NCBI GenBank assembly: GCA_051439505.1
Contig: JBFRWI010000160.1
Coordinates: 8,160 to 72,159, forward strand
Length of the DNA: 64,000 nt
Source of the DNA: Hormoscilla sp.
Lineage (GTDB): Bacteria > Cyanobacteriota > Cyanobacteriia > Cyanobacteriales > Desertifilaceae
Direction: 5' to 3'
The position numbers and the translations under genes were made by a program. Positions 1 through 8,641 of this stretch are shown here, in pieces (position 1 is the stretch's first letter; each line of letters opens with the position of its first letter). The notes under the pieces are model-generated. The model did no database searches and was not told the DNA's origin. It worked only from the letters and a program-made list of their open reading frames with translations.

Positions 1-1031
1 CGCTCCTCTTTCAAAGATTTAGTCCGAATGTGAATGGTGGGAATATTTGCTTGCTTTTCCTTATCTGGAACGGACTCGAAAGCATCGATCGCATTCTCCA
101 AGATCTGCAAAAACACCTGATTAAGTTCTTTGGCATAGCATTCCACCTGGGGGAGTTTGCCGTATTCCTTAATCACTTTTACTATGTCCTGTCCCTCTGG
201 GTGCAATCTATGCTGCAACATTAATAATGTGCTATCAATTCCTTGGTGGATATTAACATACTTTAGTCCTTCTTCATCCAAGCGCGAGAAATTACGTAGA
301 GAAAGTACCACCTCCCGGATGCGATCGCTCCCTGATTTCATCGAAGTCAGAATTTTGGGCACGTCCTCCATCAGAAATTCCGGTTCTATCTCTTCTAATT
401 TTTCCTGAAGCTGGTCACTAGGATGAGGCAACTCTTGCTGATAGAGGTGCAGCAATTCGATTAAATCCTGAATTGATATTTGCAACTGGTCTATGTTACT
501 ATGAATAAAGGAAACTGGATTGTTGATTTCGTGAGCTATTCCCGCTACCATTTGCCCCAAACTGGACATTTTTTCACTTTGAATCAGTTGTCCCTGGGTT
601 TTCTTCAGTTCCGACAAGGTGTGCTGCACCCGCTGATTAGTTTGAGACAATTTGTGCGTCAAATTCTGGATCCGTAACCCGGCACGCACTCGTGCCAAAA
701 GTTCTTTAATTTCCACGGGTTTGGAGAGAAAGTCATCGGCCCCTGAGTCTAACGCCTCCACCAGATCTTCTACCTGTTCCCGGGCCGTTAGTAAAATAAA
801 AAAAGTGGTGGCTAGATCGGGGTCAACTTTCATCTGCTGGCAGACAGTCAACCCATCCATCTCAGGCATCATCCAGTCGCAGATCATCAAGTCGGGATGC
901 AATTTCCGTGCCATTAACAGCGCTGCTTCCCCATCGTCAGCCGTGCTAACCTCGTGCCCTTCGCATTCTAAGGCATCTTGTAAAATCATCTGGGTGGTGA
1001 TGTCGTCATCAACAAGCAGAATAGTAGCCAT
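1..1031 (-). CDS. Hybrid response regulator/histidine kinase (REC-HisKA-HATPase), runs off the window edge
   Basis: Translated by hand from ATG at 1031: MATILLVDDD..PDLMICDWMMP..GADDFLSKP (REC), then QLIQSEKMSSLGQMVAGIAHEINNP (H-box) and ELNQVFLQILENAIDA (N-box). Absent from the ORF track because there is no stop inside the window. Confidence 0.9.
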   Translation of the reverse strand, partial: MATILLVDDDITTQMILQDALECEGHEVSTADDGEAALLMARKLHPDLMICDWMMPEMDGLTVCQQMKVDPDLATTFFILLTAREQVEDLVEALDSGADDFLSKPVEIKELLARVRAGLRIQNLTHKLSQTNQRVQHTLSELKKTQGQLIQSEKMSSLGQMVAGIAHEINNPVSFIHSNIDQLQISIQDLIELLHLYQQELPHPSDQLQEKLEEIEPEFLMEDVPKILTSMKSGSDRIREVVLSLRNFSRLDEEGLKYVNIHQGIDSTLLMLQHRLHPEGQDIVKVIKEYGKLPQVECYAKELNQVFLQILENAIDAFESVPDKEKQANIPTIHIRTKSLKEE

Positions 1032-1034
1032 AAG

Positions 1035-4000
1035 TTATTTTTGGAAATGGTCTTGGATAAAGGTGCGGACTAGATCGAGTTCTGCTTCCATTGAAGCAAA
1101 CAGTTCCTGACTATTGGCAAGGGTATTTTCACGGGCTAGGGTTTCTATTTGGGCCGCGATCGCCCGGACTTCACTGGCACCCACATTGGCACTTGACCCC
1201 TTCAGCCGATGGGCATAGGATTGGATCTGATCGAAGTCAGAATGGGCGATCGCCTCCCCGAGTGCGGCTATATCTACTTCAGCTTTTTCCATAAACACCC
1301 TTAAAAGTCGCTGTTGAAATTCTACTCTCCCCTTGGAGATGGAATTCAGGCGCTTGAGATCCAACGGTGGATTATCATTATCAATAGAACTTCGCTCTGG
1401 TTGTGAGATATCAGACCTTTTCACAACCTCCGACCCGACCTCATTTTCTATCTTACCACGCCGCGACTCAGTCCAACGATTCAAAAGAATTTCTAAATCT
1501 TCCTGTTCCACTGGCTTACTAATATAGTCGTCCATTCCTGCCGCCAGACATTTTTCCCGGTCCGCAGGCATGGCATGGGCAGTCAGGGCAATGACGATCG
1601 TATGGCGTCCGGACCCTGCTTCCATCTGTCGCAGTTCCTGGGTGGTCAGGTAGCCATCCTTGACGGGCATTTGACAGTCCATAAACACGAGATCGTAGTC
1701 TTTCTGTTGCAGCAAGTCCAGCGCTTCCTGACCGTTACCAGCCAAGTCCGCTTCATAACCGATTATACTCAATTGATTGAGCATCACCTCTTGGTTAATC
1801 GGGTGATCCTCTACTAGCAGGATTTTCAGACCCTCTAGGGGTTGATGAGTAGTAGTTTCTTGCTGGGGGGGGGTTGATGAGTATCGCCTACTTTCCAAGA
1901 CCGTTTCAATTTCATTGGCCATTGCCGTGATGAGAGTATCAAACAAACGTGACGGTCTCACGGGTTTGACCAACTGGGAACTGACCCTGATGTTCGTTAG
2001 TCGATCCGGGCGATCGCGTTGATTCATGGGCGTCATCACCACCAGTTTAGTTTGCGGAATCTCAGAGTTAACGATCTGTGCTAATTCATTTAATAATTGC
2101 TCGTCAAACAGGGCCACATCGTAAGGATCGCTTTCAGTCGCCGCCTGACGCAAATGCTTCAAAGCAGCTTTACCATCTGCCACTTCGTCCAAGCGCATTC
2201 CCCAGGCATCGGTGAGATAACGAAGTGACTGGCGCACTGTAGCCGAAGAATCCGCAACTAATAGCTTCAGGTCTGTTAATACTTCCCGGCGACTAGGCTT
2301 GCGAGTTGTCGATCGAGCAAATTTGGCCGTGAACCAGAAAGTTGACCCCCGTCCAACAGCACTTTCCACTCCAATAGTACCGCCCATTAACTCTACTAAC
2401 TGCTTGCAAATTGCTAGCCCCAATCCCGTACCGCCGTACTGCCGCGTCGTAGAAGCATCTACTTGGGAAAAAGATTGGAACAACTTTTCCCGTGCCTCAG
2501 TCGGAATGCCAATCCCCGTATCGGTAACTTCAAAGCAGATTTTGTTCGGAGTTCGGCGTCGGCGATCGGGCAATTTCACTCGCACCACCACCGAACCCTT
2601 GTCAGTAAATTTAATTGCATTGCCCATCAAATTGACTAACACCTGCCTGAGTCTGCCCGGGTCTCCCTGCAATTGCCGGGGCACATTGGGGTCAACTAAC
2701 AGTCCCAGTTCCAGTCCCTTTTCCTCAACTTGGGTCGCCAGCAAGTCGATCGCCGTTTCCAGACAATCATATAGGTCAAAGTCCAAGCGTTCCAACTCCA
2801 TCTCCCCTGCTTCCAACTTGGAAAAGTCGAGGATATCATTGATAATTAACAGCAGATGCTGGGCACTGGTGTGGATAGCGTTGATAAAGTCTTGTTGCTT
2901 GCGAGTGAGTTCGGTTTTGGACAGCAACCCCGCCATTCCCAAAACCCCGTTCATCGGTGTACGGATCTCGTGACTCATATTTGCCAGGAATTGAGACTTG
3001 AGGCGGGCATTTTCTAAGGCAGCTTCCCGGGCCTGCACCAGTTCGTCAATCTTGTTCGTCGCGATCGCCACCCCGCCAATTTTGCCTCGTTCCGCATACC
3101 AAGGATGAATTTCCCAGCTAATATATCCTACCGTTCCGTCTCGATACTCGATCGGATCTTCCGAACTGGAGATCACTTCGCCAGTGAGGGCCCGTTGATG
3201 CACTTCTATCCAGCGATCGGGTTGCTTGAGAAACACTTCGTAGTGACTCCGACCCAGTAATTCTCCCTGTAACTGATAATCTTCCAACCACTTCTTGCTA
3301 TAGGCAATGTAGCACATTTGGTTATCCAGCATGGCGATCGCCACGGGCGCATTAGCAATTATTTCTCGCAGTTGCTGGTATTCTCGCTCCTTCGCCGCCT
3401 CCGCCTGCTTGCGATCGGTGATATCCCGAGCTACACTGTAGAACAAACCTTCTGTTGCTATAGCCCTGGCCATCCAAGCTAGCCATTTATAGTCACCATC
3501 TTTACTTCGGAAGCGATTTTCAAATTCAGTAGTTTGACAACCCGCCAATATTCTGTCTACCTCCGCTTTACTGGCAGCTTTGTCTTCCGGATGAATAAAC
3601 TCTATCCAGGGGGTGGCCAGGAATTCCGAGATGCTATAGCCCAGTATTTTCTCCACTGCTGGGTTCACCCGCTTCAAGTAGCCATTGGAACCCCCGATCG
3701 CCAGCATATCCATTGACAAGTCGAAGAAACGATTTAGTTCTGCTTCTGCCTGCTTGCGTTCGGTGATATCTTCAATTACTCCAATGGCATACTTTCCTGT
3801 TGATTGCTCTTGCTTTTCGGACTCCTTTTCTACCGATGCCAGGGATACAGTTAAGTTCGCCCAAACTATGTCTCCCTGCTTGCGAATATAGCGTTTTTCT
3901 CTTGAATATGTGGTGATTTTTGCCGCCAATAGCTGGCTAAAATACTTCCAGTCCTCATCGACATCCTCCCCATAAGTTATTTCCCTCAAGGTGCGGTTCA

Positions 4001-4823
4001 ACAACTCCTCCCGTTCGTATCCGACAATCTCGCAAAATTTTTGATTGCAGCGCATGATTTTGCCGCTATAATCTACATGGGCGATGCCAACTGCTGCTTG
4101 TTCAAAGGTATCCCGGAAGCGCTGGGCGTGCTGGCGTGACTGAGCTTTTTCTGCTGACAAGCTGCGATCTATCCGTCTGAATAGCACTGCTGCTAATATC
4201 GAACTAGCGACTCCCAAAGCCGCCGATCCGTAGAGTGCTATCCATATCATTTCCCGCTGACTTTTCAAAGTCTGCTTGCGACTCATCAACAGACGCTCTT
4301 CCTCTGCTATAAATAACTTTAGCTTGCTGCGAGTCCTATTCGTTGCCATTTTACTTGCCGCCATTATCTCTGATAATGCTGCTTCCGACTCTGCCATCTG
4401 CAGATTTAGGGTAAGATAATATTGCAAATGATCCAGTCGATTTTCTACTGCGTTTTTAATTTCCAGGATTCTCTGACTCTGCTTGGGGTTATCTTGCACT
4501 AGATACCTCAGTTTCTCTAGGGACTCGGGAATAACTGCGATCGCCTCTTGATAATCTGCGAGTAACTCTTGATTTTGAGTCAGTACATATCCGCGCATTC
4601 CTGTTTCTGCATCTATTAACTTAGAGAGAAGTCGTTCTGCTGATAAGCGCACTTGATGAGTATGATCCACCCATTTTCCCGCTTCTGACATCTTCACCTG
4701 TAACCACCCAAAAATTCCCAGGGATGTCACCAAACAGGAAATCGGAATAGCCGCAATTAACATTCCCCTTTTTCCTACTGATAATTCTTTCCAGTAATCG
4801 CCTAAACTTTTGATATCACTCAT
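1035..4823 (-). CDS. Hybrid sensor histidine kinase (TM-CHASE3-TM, 3 PAS, HisKA, HATPase, 2 REC, Hpt)
   Basis: DAETGMRGYVLT (CHASE3), PAS/PAC repeats, FLANMSHEIRTPMNG, GTGLGLAI, LVFMDCQMP, AHRLKGSSANVGA (Hpt). Confidence 0.95.
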   Translation of the reverse strand: MSDIKSLGDYWKELSVGKRGMLIAAIPISCLVTSLGIFGWLQVKMSEAGKWVDHTHQVRLSAERLLSKLIDAETGMRGYVLTQNQELLADYQEAIAVIPESLEKLRYLVQDNPKQSQRILEIKNAVENRLDHLQYYLTLNLQMAESEAALSEIMAASKMATNRTRSKLKLFIAEEERLLMSRKQTLKSQREMIWIALYGSAALGVASSILAAVLFRRIDRSLSAEKAQSRQHAQRFRDTFEQAAVGIAHVDYSGKIMRCNQKFCEIVGYEREELLNRTLREITYGEDVDEDWKYFSQLLAAKITTYSREKRYIRKQGDIVWANLTVSLASVEKESEKQEQSTGKYAIGVIEDITERKQAEAELNRFFDLSMDMLAIGGSNGYLKRVNPAVEKILGYSISEFLATPWIEFIHPEDKAASKAEVDRILAGCQTTEFENRFRSKDGDYKWLAWMARAIATEGLFYSVARDITDRKQAEAAKEREYQQLREIIANAPVAIAMLDNQMCYIAYSKKWLEDYQLQGELLGRSHYEVFLKQPDRWIEVHQRALTGEVISSSEDPIEYRDGTVGYISWEIHPWYAERGKIGGVAIATNKIDELVQAREAALENARLKSQFLANMSHEIRTPMNGVLGMAGLLSKTELTRKQQDFINAIHTSAQHLLLIINDILDFSKLEAGEMELERLDFDLYDCLETAIDLLATQVEEKGLELGLLVDPNVPRQLQGDPGRLRQVLVNLMGNAIKFTDKGSVVVRVKLPDRRRRTPNKICFEVTDTGIGIPTEAREKLFQSFSQVDASTTRQYGGTGLGLAICKQLVELMGGTIGVESAVGRGSTFWFTAKFARSTTRKPSRREVLTDLKLLVADSSATVRQSLRYLTDAWGMRLDEVADGKAALKHLRQAATESDPYDVALFDEQLLNELAQIVNSEIPQTKLVVMTPMNQRDRPDRLTNIRVSSQLVKPVRPSRLFDTLITAMANEIETVLESRRYSSTPPQQETTTHQPLEGLKILLVEDHPINQEVMLNQLSIIGYEADLAGNGQEALDLLQQKDYDLVFMDCQMPVKDGYLTTQELRQMEAGSGRHTIVIALTAHAMPADREKCLAAGMDDYISKPVEQEDLEILLNRWTESRRGKIENEVGSEVVKRSDISQPERSSIDNDNPPLDLKRLNSISKGRVEFQQRLLRVFMEKAEVDIAALGEAIAHSDFDQIQSYAHRLKGSSANVGASEVRAIAAQIETLARENTLANSQELFASMEAELDLVRTFIQDHFQK

Positions 4824-4902
4824 CTTTCTTCTTCTCTTGACTGGGTAAAATTTTACCTCTATCCCGGGTTAGAGATTAACCCGGTCTTGGGAACATTACT
4901 GG

Positions 4903-5304
4903 TTATAAGATTTGATTGAATAAAGTCCGAATTGACTCTATCCTTTGGCGGTTTACCCCGAGATCTGACTGTCCCAAACGGGAGGCCGATCGGGCGTGAA
5001 TCACCTTAGCATCATCATCCACCAAAAACTCCACATCATCCACGTATCCCATCAGTTTACTGGTAAACTCAGCATACAAGTAGTTATCTGATTCAGTAAC
5101 TATCTTAGTGCGAGGCTGATTTTGGATCGCCATCTTCAGTTTGGCCAAGGCCGCAGCTGGGGTTGAATTATAGCTCAACGGCTGGATATAATGCTGTTGG
5201 TCCGTTTCTGGACCTTGGCTACAGACACAGTTAGGCGATTTTGGACAAGGGGTCAACTTGCCATTTTTGACGCCAATGTTAGTGGGTCGTATTCCTGCAA
5301 ACAT
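4903..5304 (-). CDS. DUF1499 family protein
   Basis: LTPCPKSPNCVCSQ...MGYVDDVEF...RSASRLGQSDLGVNRQRIE. Confidence 0.85.
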   Translation of the reverse strand: MFAGIRPTNIGVKNGKLTPCPKSPNCVCSQGPETDQQHYIQPLSYNSTPAAALAKLKMAIQNQPRTKIVTESDNYLYAEFTSKLMGYVDDVEFLVDDDAKVIHARSASRLGQSDLGVNRQRIESIRTLFNQIL

Positions 5305-5434
5305 AATTCACTTCAGATCTTGTTTCTGACTGGCCTGGGAGTTGCGCTCCCAGAACACTCCTTTATTATAACCTTTATTATCACCTTGTCTGGTTCGATC
5401 AAAGATATTTTTTTGCGTACCGCCCACCAGCAGC

Positions 5435-5475
5435 GGGTGTAGTCTTTTTTCTCCAACTGGTGCAAGACCACACCC
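5435..5475. repeat. Short copy of the GGGTGTGGTC...GACCACACCC inverted-repeat element
   Basis: gggtgtagtc..ccaactggtgcaagaccacaccc; related copies at ~36600, 54877-55004 and ~63333. Confidence 0.6.
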
Positions 5476-5480
5476 AATAA

Positions 5481-5645
5481 TGTCATTGCGAGGGGGGGGG
5501 GTACTCCGCGATCGACTTATGGAAAATTTTCACCAACCCCCCCCCGAAGCAATCTCATACCTAGTCGGGGAGATTGCTTCGGGGGGGATCGGTGGTAACA
5601 ATCTTTAAGATATCGATTTTGGTTCCCCCCCCCTCGCAATGACAG
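5481..5645. repeat. Palindromic REP/MITE-like element (TGTCATTGCGAG-Gn...CGAAGCAATCTC / GAGATTGCTTCG...Cn-CTCGCAATGACA)
   Basis: Nested inverted repeats visible; family copies at 53500-53847 and ~63375. Confidence 0.8.
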
Positions 5646-5658
5646 ATCGTTACACACC

Positions 5659-7404
5659 CTACTGCAACAATGCTTCTAATTGTTGCTGTTGCCAAAGGTT
5701 TTGGTATAAACCGGGTTGTTGCAGGAGTTCGGCGTGAGTGCCGATCTGCACGATCGCACCTCGATCCATGACCAAGATGCGATCGGCGGTTGCTGCTGCC
5801 GACATTTGGTGGGAGATAAAAATCACGGTTTGGCGCTTAGTTCCTTTCGAGAGGTTTCTGAGAATGTTGGTCGCGGTTTGGTTATCGACGCTGGAAAGGG
5901 CATCATCTAATATTAACACGGGGGCATCGACAAATAATGCTCTAGCTAAGGAGGTGCGCTGTCGCTGTCCGCCGGAAAGGGTCACGCCCCGTTCGCCGAC
6001 GATGGTTTCATATTGTTGGGGAAAGTTACCGATTTCTGAGTGCATTTGTGCTTGTCTGGCGGCGATTTCGATTTCTATACCTTCCAGAACGGGATCTCCG
6101 TAGCGGATGTTATTCTTGATGGTGGTGCTGAACAGAAAGCTGTCTTGGGGGACATAGGCGATCGCCCCTCGCAAGTCATCTAGTTTCATGAGGGTAATAT
6201 CGTAACCATCCAGAAAGATAGTCCGGGGGGGAATATCCAGCAAGCGGGGCAAAGCATTAGCTAAAGTAGATTTCCCAGCACCAATAGGTCCGACTATGGC
6301 CACAGTTTCCCCAGGTTTGATGGCAAAATTCACGTCCTTGAGGGCAGGAGTTTGGGCTCCGGGATAGGTATAATTGAGATGTTGAGCGACGATCTGACCG
6401 CGAACCTTTGTTGTCAACTGGGCGGCGTAGTCCAGGTCTTTAATTTTAGGTTCGACTTGGAAAATGCTCTCGATGCGATCGACACTCACTTGACCCCGTT
6501 GATAGGTGCTAAGAGTGAAACCGAGTAAAGCAGTGGGGAAAACCAAGCGTTCGGCGTACAGGAGGAGAGCCAAAAAATCTCCAATGGTGATCGTACCACG
6601 GGCGATCGCGCTTGTCCCGAGCCACATTAACACGAGCAAACTGACATTAGCTAAGGCTTCTATCAGAGGAAATAGCAGATAGCGAGTTCTGGCTAAGCGG
6701 AGATTTGCCTCCAACAATTTCTGGTTAAACTGACGAAAAGCGTGGCGTTCGTTCTCTTCCTGGGCATATATTTTAATCAAACTCATGCCACTCATATCCT
6801 CTTGAATGAGGTCGCTGACCCGGGAGAGTTCTTCTTGCACTTTCTCCTGCTGACTGCGCAGGCGATGGCTAAATAGCTGGACGATAACTAGCATGAAAGG
6901 ATAGACTGCGATCGCGAATAAAGTCAGCCTTATATTAATAGACATCATCAAGGGCAGAGTCAAGCTATAAGCAAAGAGCATATTTGCCAGACTCAGCACC
7001 GCAAACCCCACCAGTCGGCGGATATTATCCACATCGCTAGTAGCGCGGTTAATCAAATCTCCCACTTTATTAGCGGCAAAATAGGAGGGTTCTAAAGTTA
7101 ACAGGTGCCTAAAGATACTCTGTTTCAGGTCAAATTCTACTAAACGTCCGACGCCAAAGATTAACAGGCGCGACGCTATGCGAATTACCCACATTATACA
7201 GGCCAGTAAGAAGACGATCGCCACGTAGCCCATCACCTGACTAAAGTCGAAATTAGTTTGCAGTCGATCGATAGTATTACGAATTTGCAGGGGGATGTAG
7301 ACGCCGAGGGCGTTGACAATAAATAAAGCTGCGATGCCTAAAGACACCGGTTTCCAGTGGGGACGCATATAAGCGCCCAGTTTTTGTAACTTTGATTTTG
7401 CCAT
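5659..7404 (-). CDS. ABC transporter, fused permease/ATP-binding protein (MdlA-like exporter)
   Basis: N-terminal TM domain, Walker A GPIGAGKST, LSGGQRQR, ILDDALSSVD. Confidence 0.93.
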   Translation of the reverse strand: MAKSKLQKLGAYMRPHWKPVSLGIAALFIVNALGVYIPLQIRNTIDRLQTNFDFSQVMGYVAIVFLLACIMWVIRIASRLLIFGVGRLVEFDLKQSIFRHLLTLEPSYFAANKVGDLINRATSDVDNIRRLVGFAVLSLANMLFAYSLTLPLMMSINIRLTLFAIAVYPFMLVIVQLFSHRLRSQQEKVQEELSRVSDLIQEDMSGMSLIKIYAQEENERHAFRQFNQKLLEANLRLARTRYLLFPLIEALANVSLLVLMWLGTSAIARGTITIGDFLALLLYAERLVFPTALLGFTLSTYQRGQVSVDRIESIFQVEPKIKDLDYAAQLTTKVRGQIVAQHLNYTYPGAQTPALKDVNFAIKPGETVAIVGPIGAGKSTLANALPRLLDIPPRTIFLDGYDITLMKLDDLRGAIAYVPQDSFLFSTTIKNNIRYGDPVLEGIEIEIAARQAQMHSEIGNFPQQYETIVGERGVTLSGGQRQRTSLARALFVDAPVLILDDALSSVDNQTATNILRNLSKGTKRQTVIFISHQMSAAATADRILVMDRGAIVQIGTHAELLQQPGLYQNLWQQQQLEALLQ

Positions 7405-7880
7405 GTTTGTAGTTGCGCTTTAGCGCCTCTAGGTTTGTAGTTGCGCTTTAGCGCTTACCTTTGGGTTTCAGCCTGTAGTACAATATTACAGAATATGCAT
7501 TTTCAATGCGCGACAGCTTAACATATTCTTGTCGAGAAAGCTCCGGTGCTCCGGTGTTCGGGTGATCTTCTACAGCGACCAAGCCCGTGCAGCTGGTATT
7601 TGGGATCTGAGATACTCATAGACGATTATCTATGGGTAGAGTAATTTAGTCTGATGAAAGAATGATGTGGTTGCTTCAGAAAAAAACAGGTTTTGTGATA
7701 CGATGACAATCGGAGTTAGAAACAGGGTGTCGTGCCCAGTGCATCTAACTTGAGTCATAGGCCGGTTGTTGGCCAAAAGCTAGCAGCTTGGACACCGGCG
7801 ATCGCTACCTTGATTGAAAGGCACAGATCGCCTACATAGACAAGGATCCGAATGGTCTTTGTAATCTAGAACACAAACGA

Positions 7881-8597
7881 ATGACAACGAACAAAGTCAA
7901 AGTCATTAGCTTTTCGGGTGCGTACATAGACGCGAAGTACGTTGAAAATGTGGAAAACTATCCCATTAAGAACCGTACTATCGTCGTTAACCCAGAAGAA
8001 ACAGACGCTTACCTGAACGAAGCGAACGTCAGCATTATTCCGTCTTTCTCATCGACCATCCTGGAAGATACTACGATCCAAAAAGCCAAGTCATTGCTTT
8101 TGCTTGAGGTGGTACAGACCAAAAACATCGGCAATATTGTCTTTGAGCCTGGGTGGGATTTATTAGGTAATTTCCCCGACGAGGACTTTCCCAAAGACGT
8201 ACAGCTTTGGAAGTCGGGCCAAGATGAGGCGGGAATAATAGAAGTAGATCCCTACTTTATGGCCAGGCAGTCGAGTACCCCCGGTCACAAAGAACAGTTC
8301 TGTGTGAAAGTGAACCTCTGGTTTGCCCCTTCCCATACGGATTGTGCAATCCATAACCAACATGACTTTCTGGAGATTCACACGCAAGTCTTCGGACATG
8401 GACGGATGCAGAAGTTCAAGGTGAAAAGTTTTGAGAGTCTCTATGAAGACCTCGTGATGACTGAGGGATACACCCAGATCGTGCCATTCTGCCAGGTTCA
8501 CGAAAACCAGCAATATACCTATCCGTGGCATCAATATTATTCGGATACGGATTGCATCTGGATGGCGATCGAATATCATCCCCAAAAAAAAGGCTAA
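7881..8597 (+). CDS. Cupin protein resembling the aldos-2-ulose dehydratase/isomerase (AUDH) cupin domain
   Basis: VNLWFAPSHTDCAIHNQHDFLEIHTQVFGHGRMQKF...YPWHQYYSDTDCIWMAIEYH, a His/Glu metal-site cupin pattern recognised as AUDH-cupin-like; lies directly upstream of a glucan-lyase-type gene. Confidence 0.72.
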   Translation: MTTNKVKVISFSGAYIDAKYVENVENYPIKNRTIVVNPEETDAYLNEANVSIIPSFSSTILEDTTIQKAKSLLLLEVVQTKNIGNIVFEPGWDLLGNFPDEDFPKDVQLWKSGQDEAGIIEVDPYFMARQSSTPGHKEQFCVKVNLWFAPSHTDCAIHNQHDFLEIHTQVFGHGRMQKFKVKSFESLYEDLVMTEGYTQIVPFCQVHENQQYTYPWHQYYSDTDCIWMAIEYHPQKKG

Positions 8598-8641
8598 CGC
8601 CAAGGCCAAAGCTAACGAGAACTAAACAGAAGAGTCACACA

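Noticed and set aside
7693..7876. CRP-like (tgtga-N5-tgaca) and NtcA-like (gta-N8-cac) sites upstream of the cupin-lyase cluster
   Set aside because: Wrong spacing for CRP and no TAC half-site for NtcA; too weak to call.
8525..8641. Extended N-terminus of the GH31 ORF from GTG 8525
   Set aside because: It overlaps the conserved C-terminus of the cupin gene; ATG 8642 is the more plausible start.
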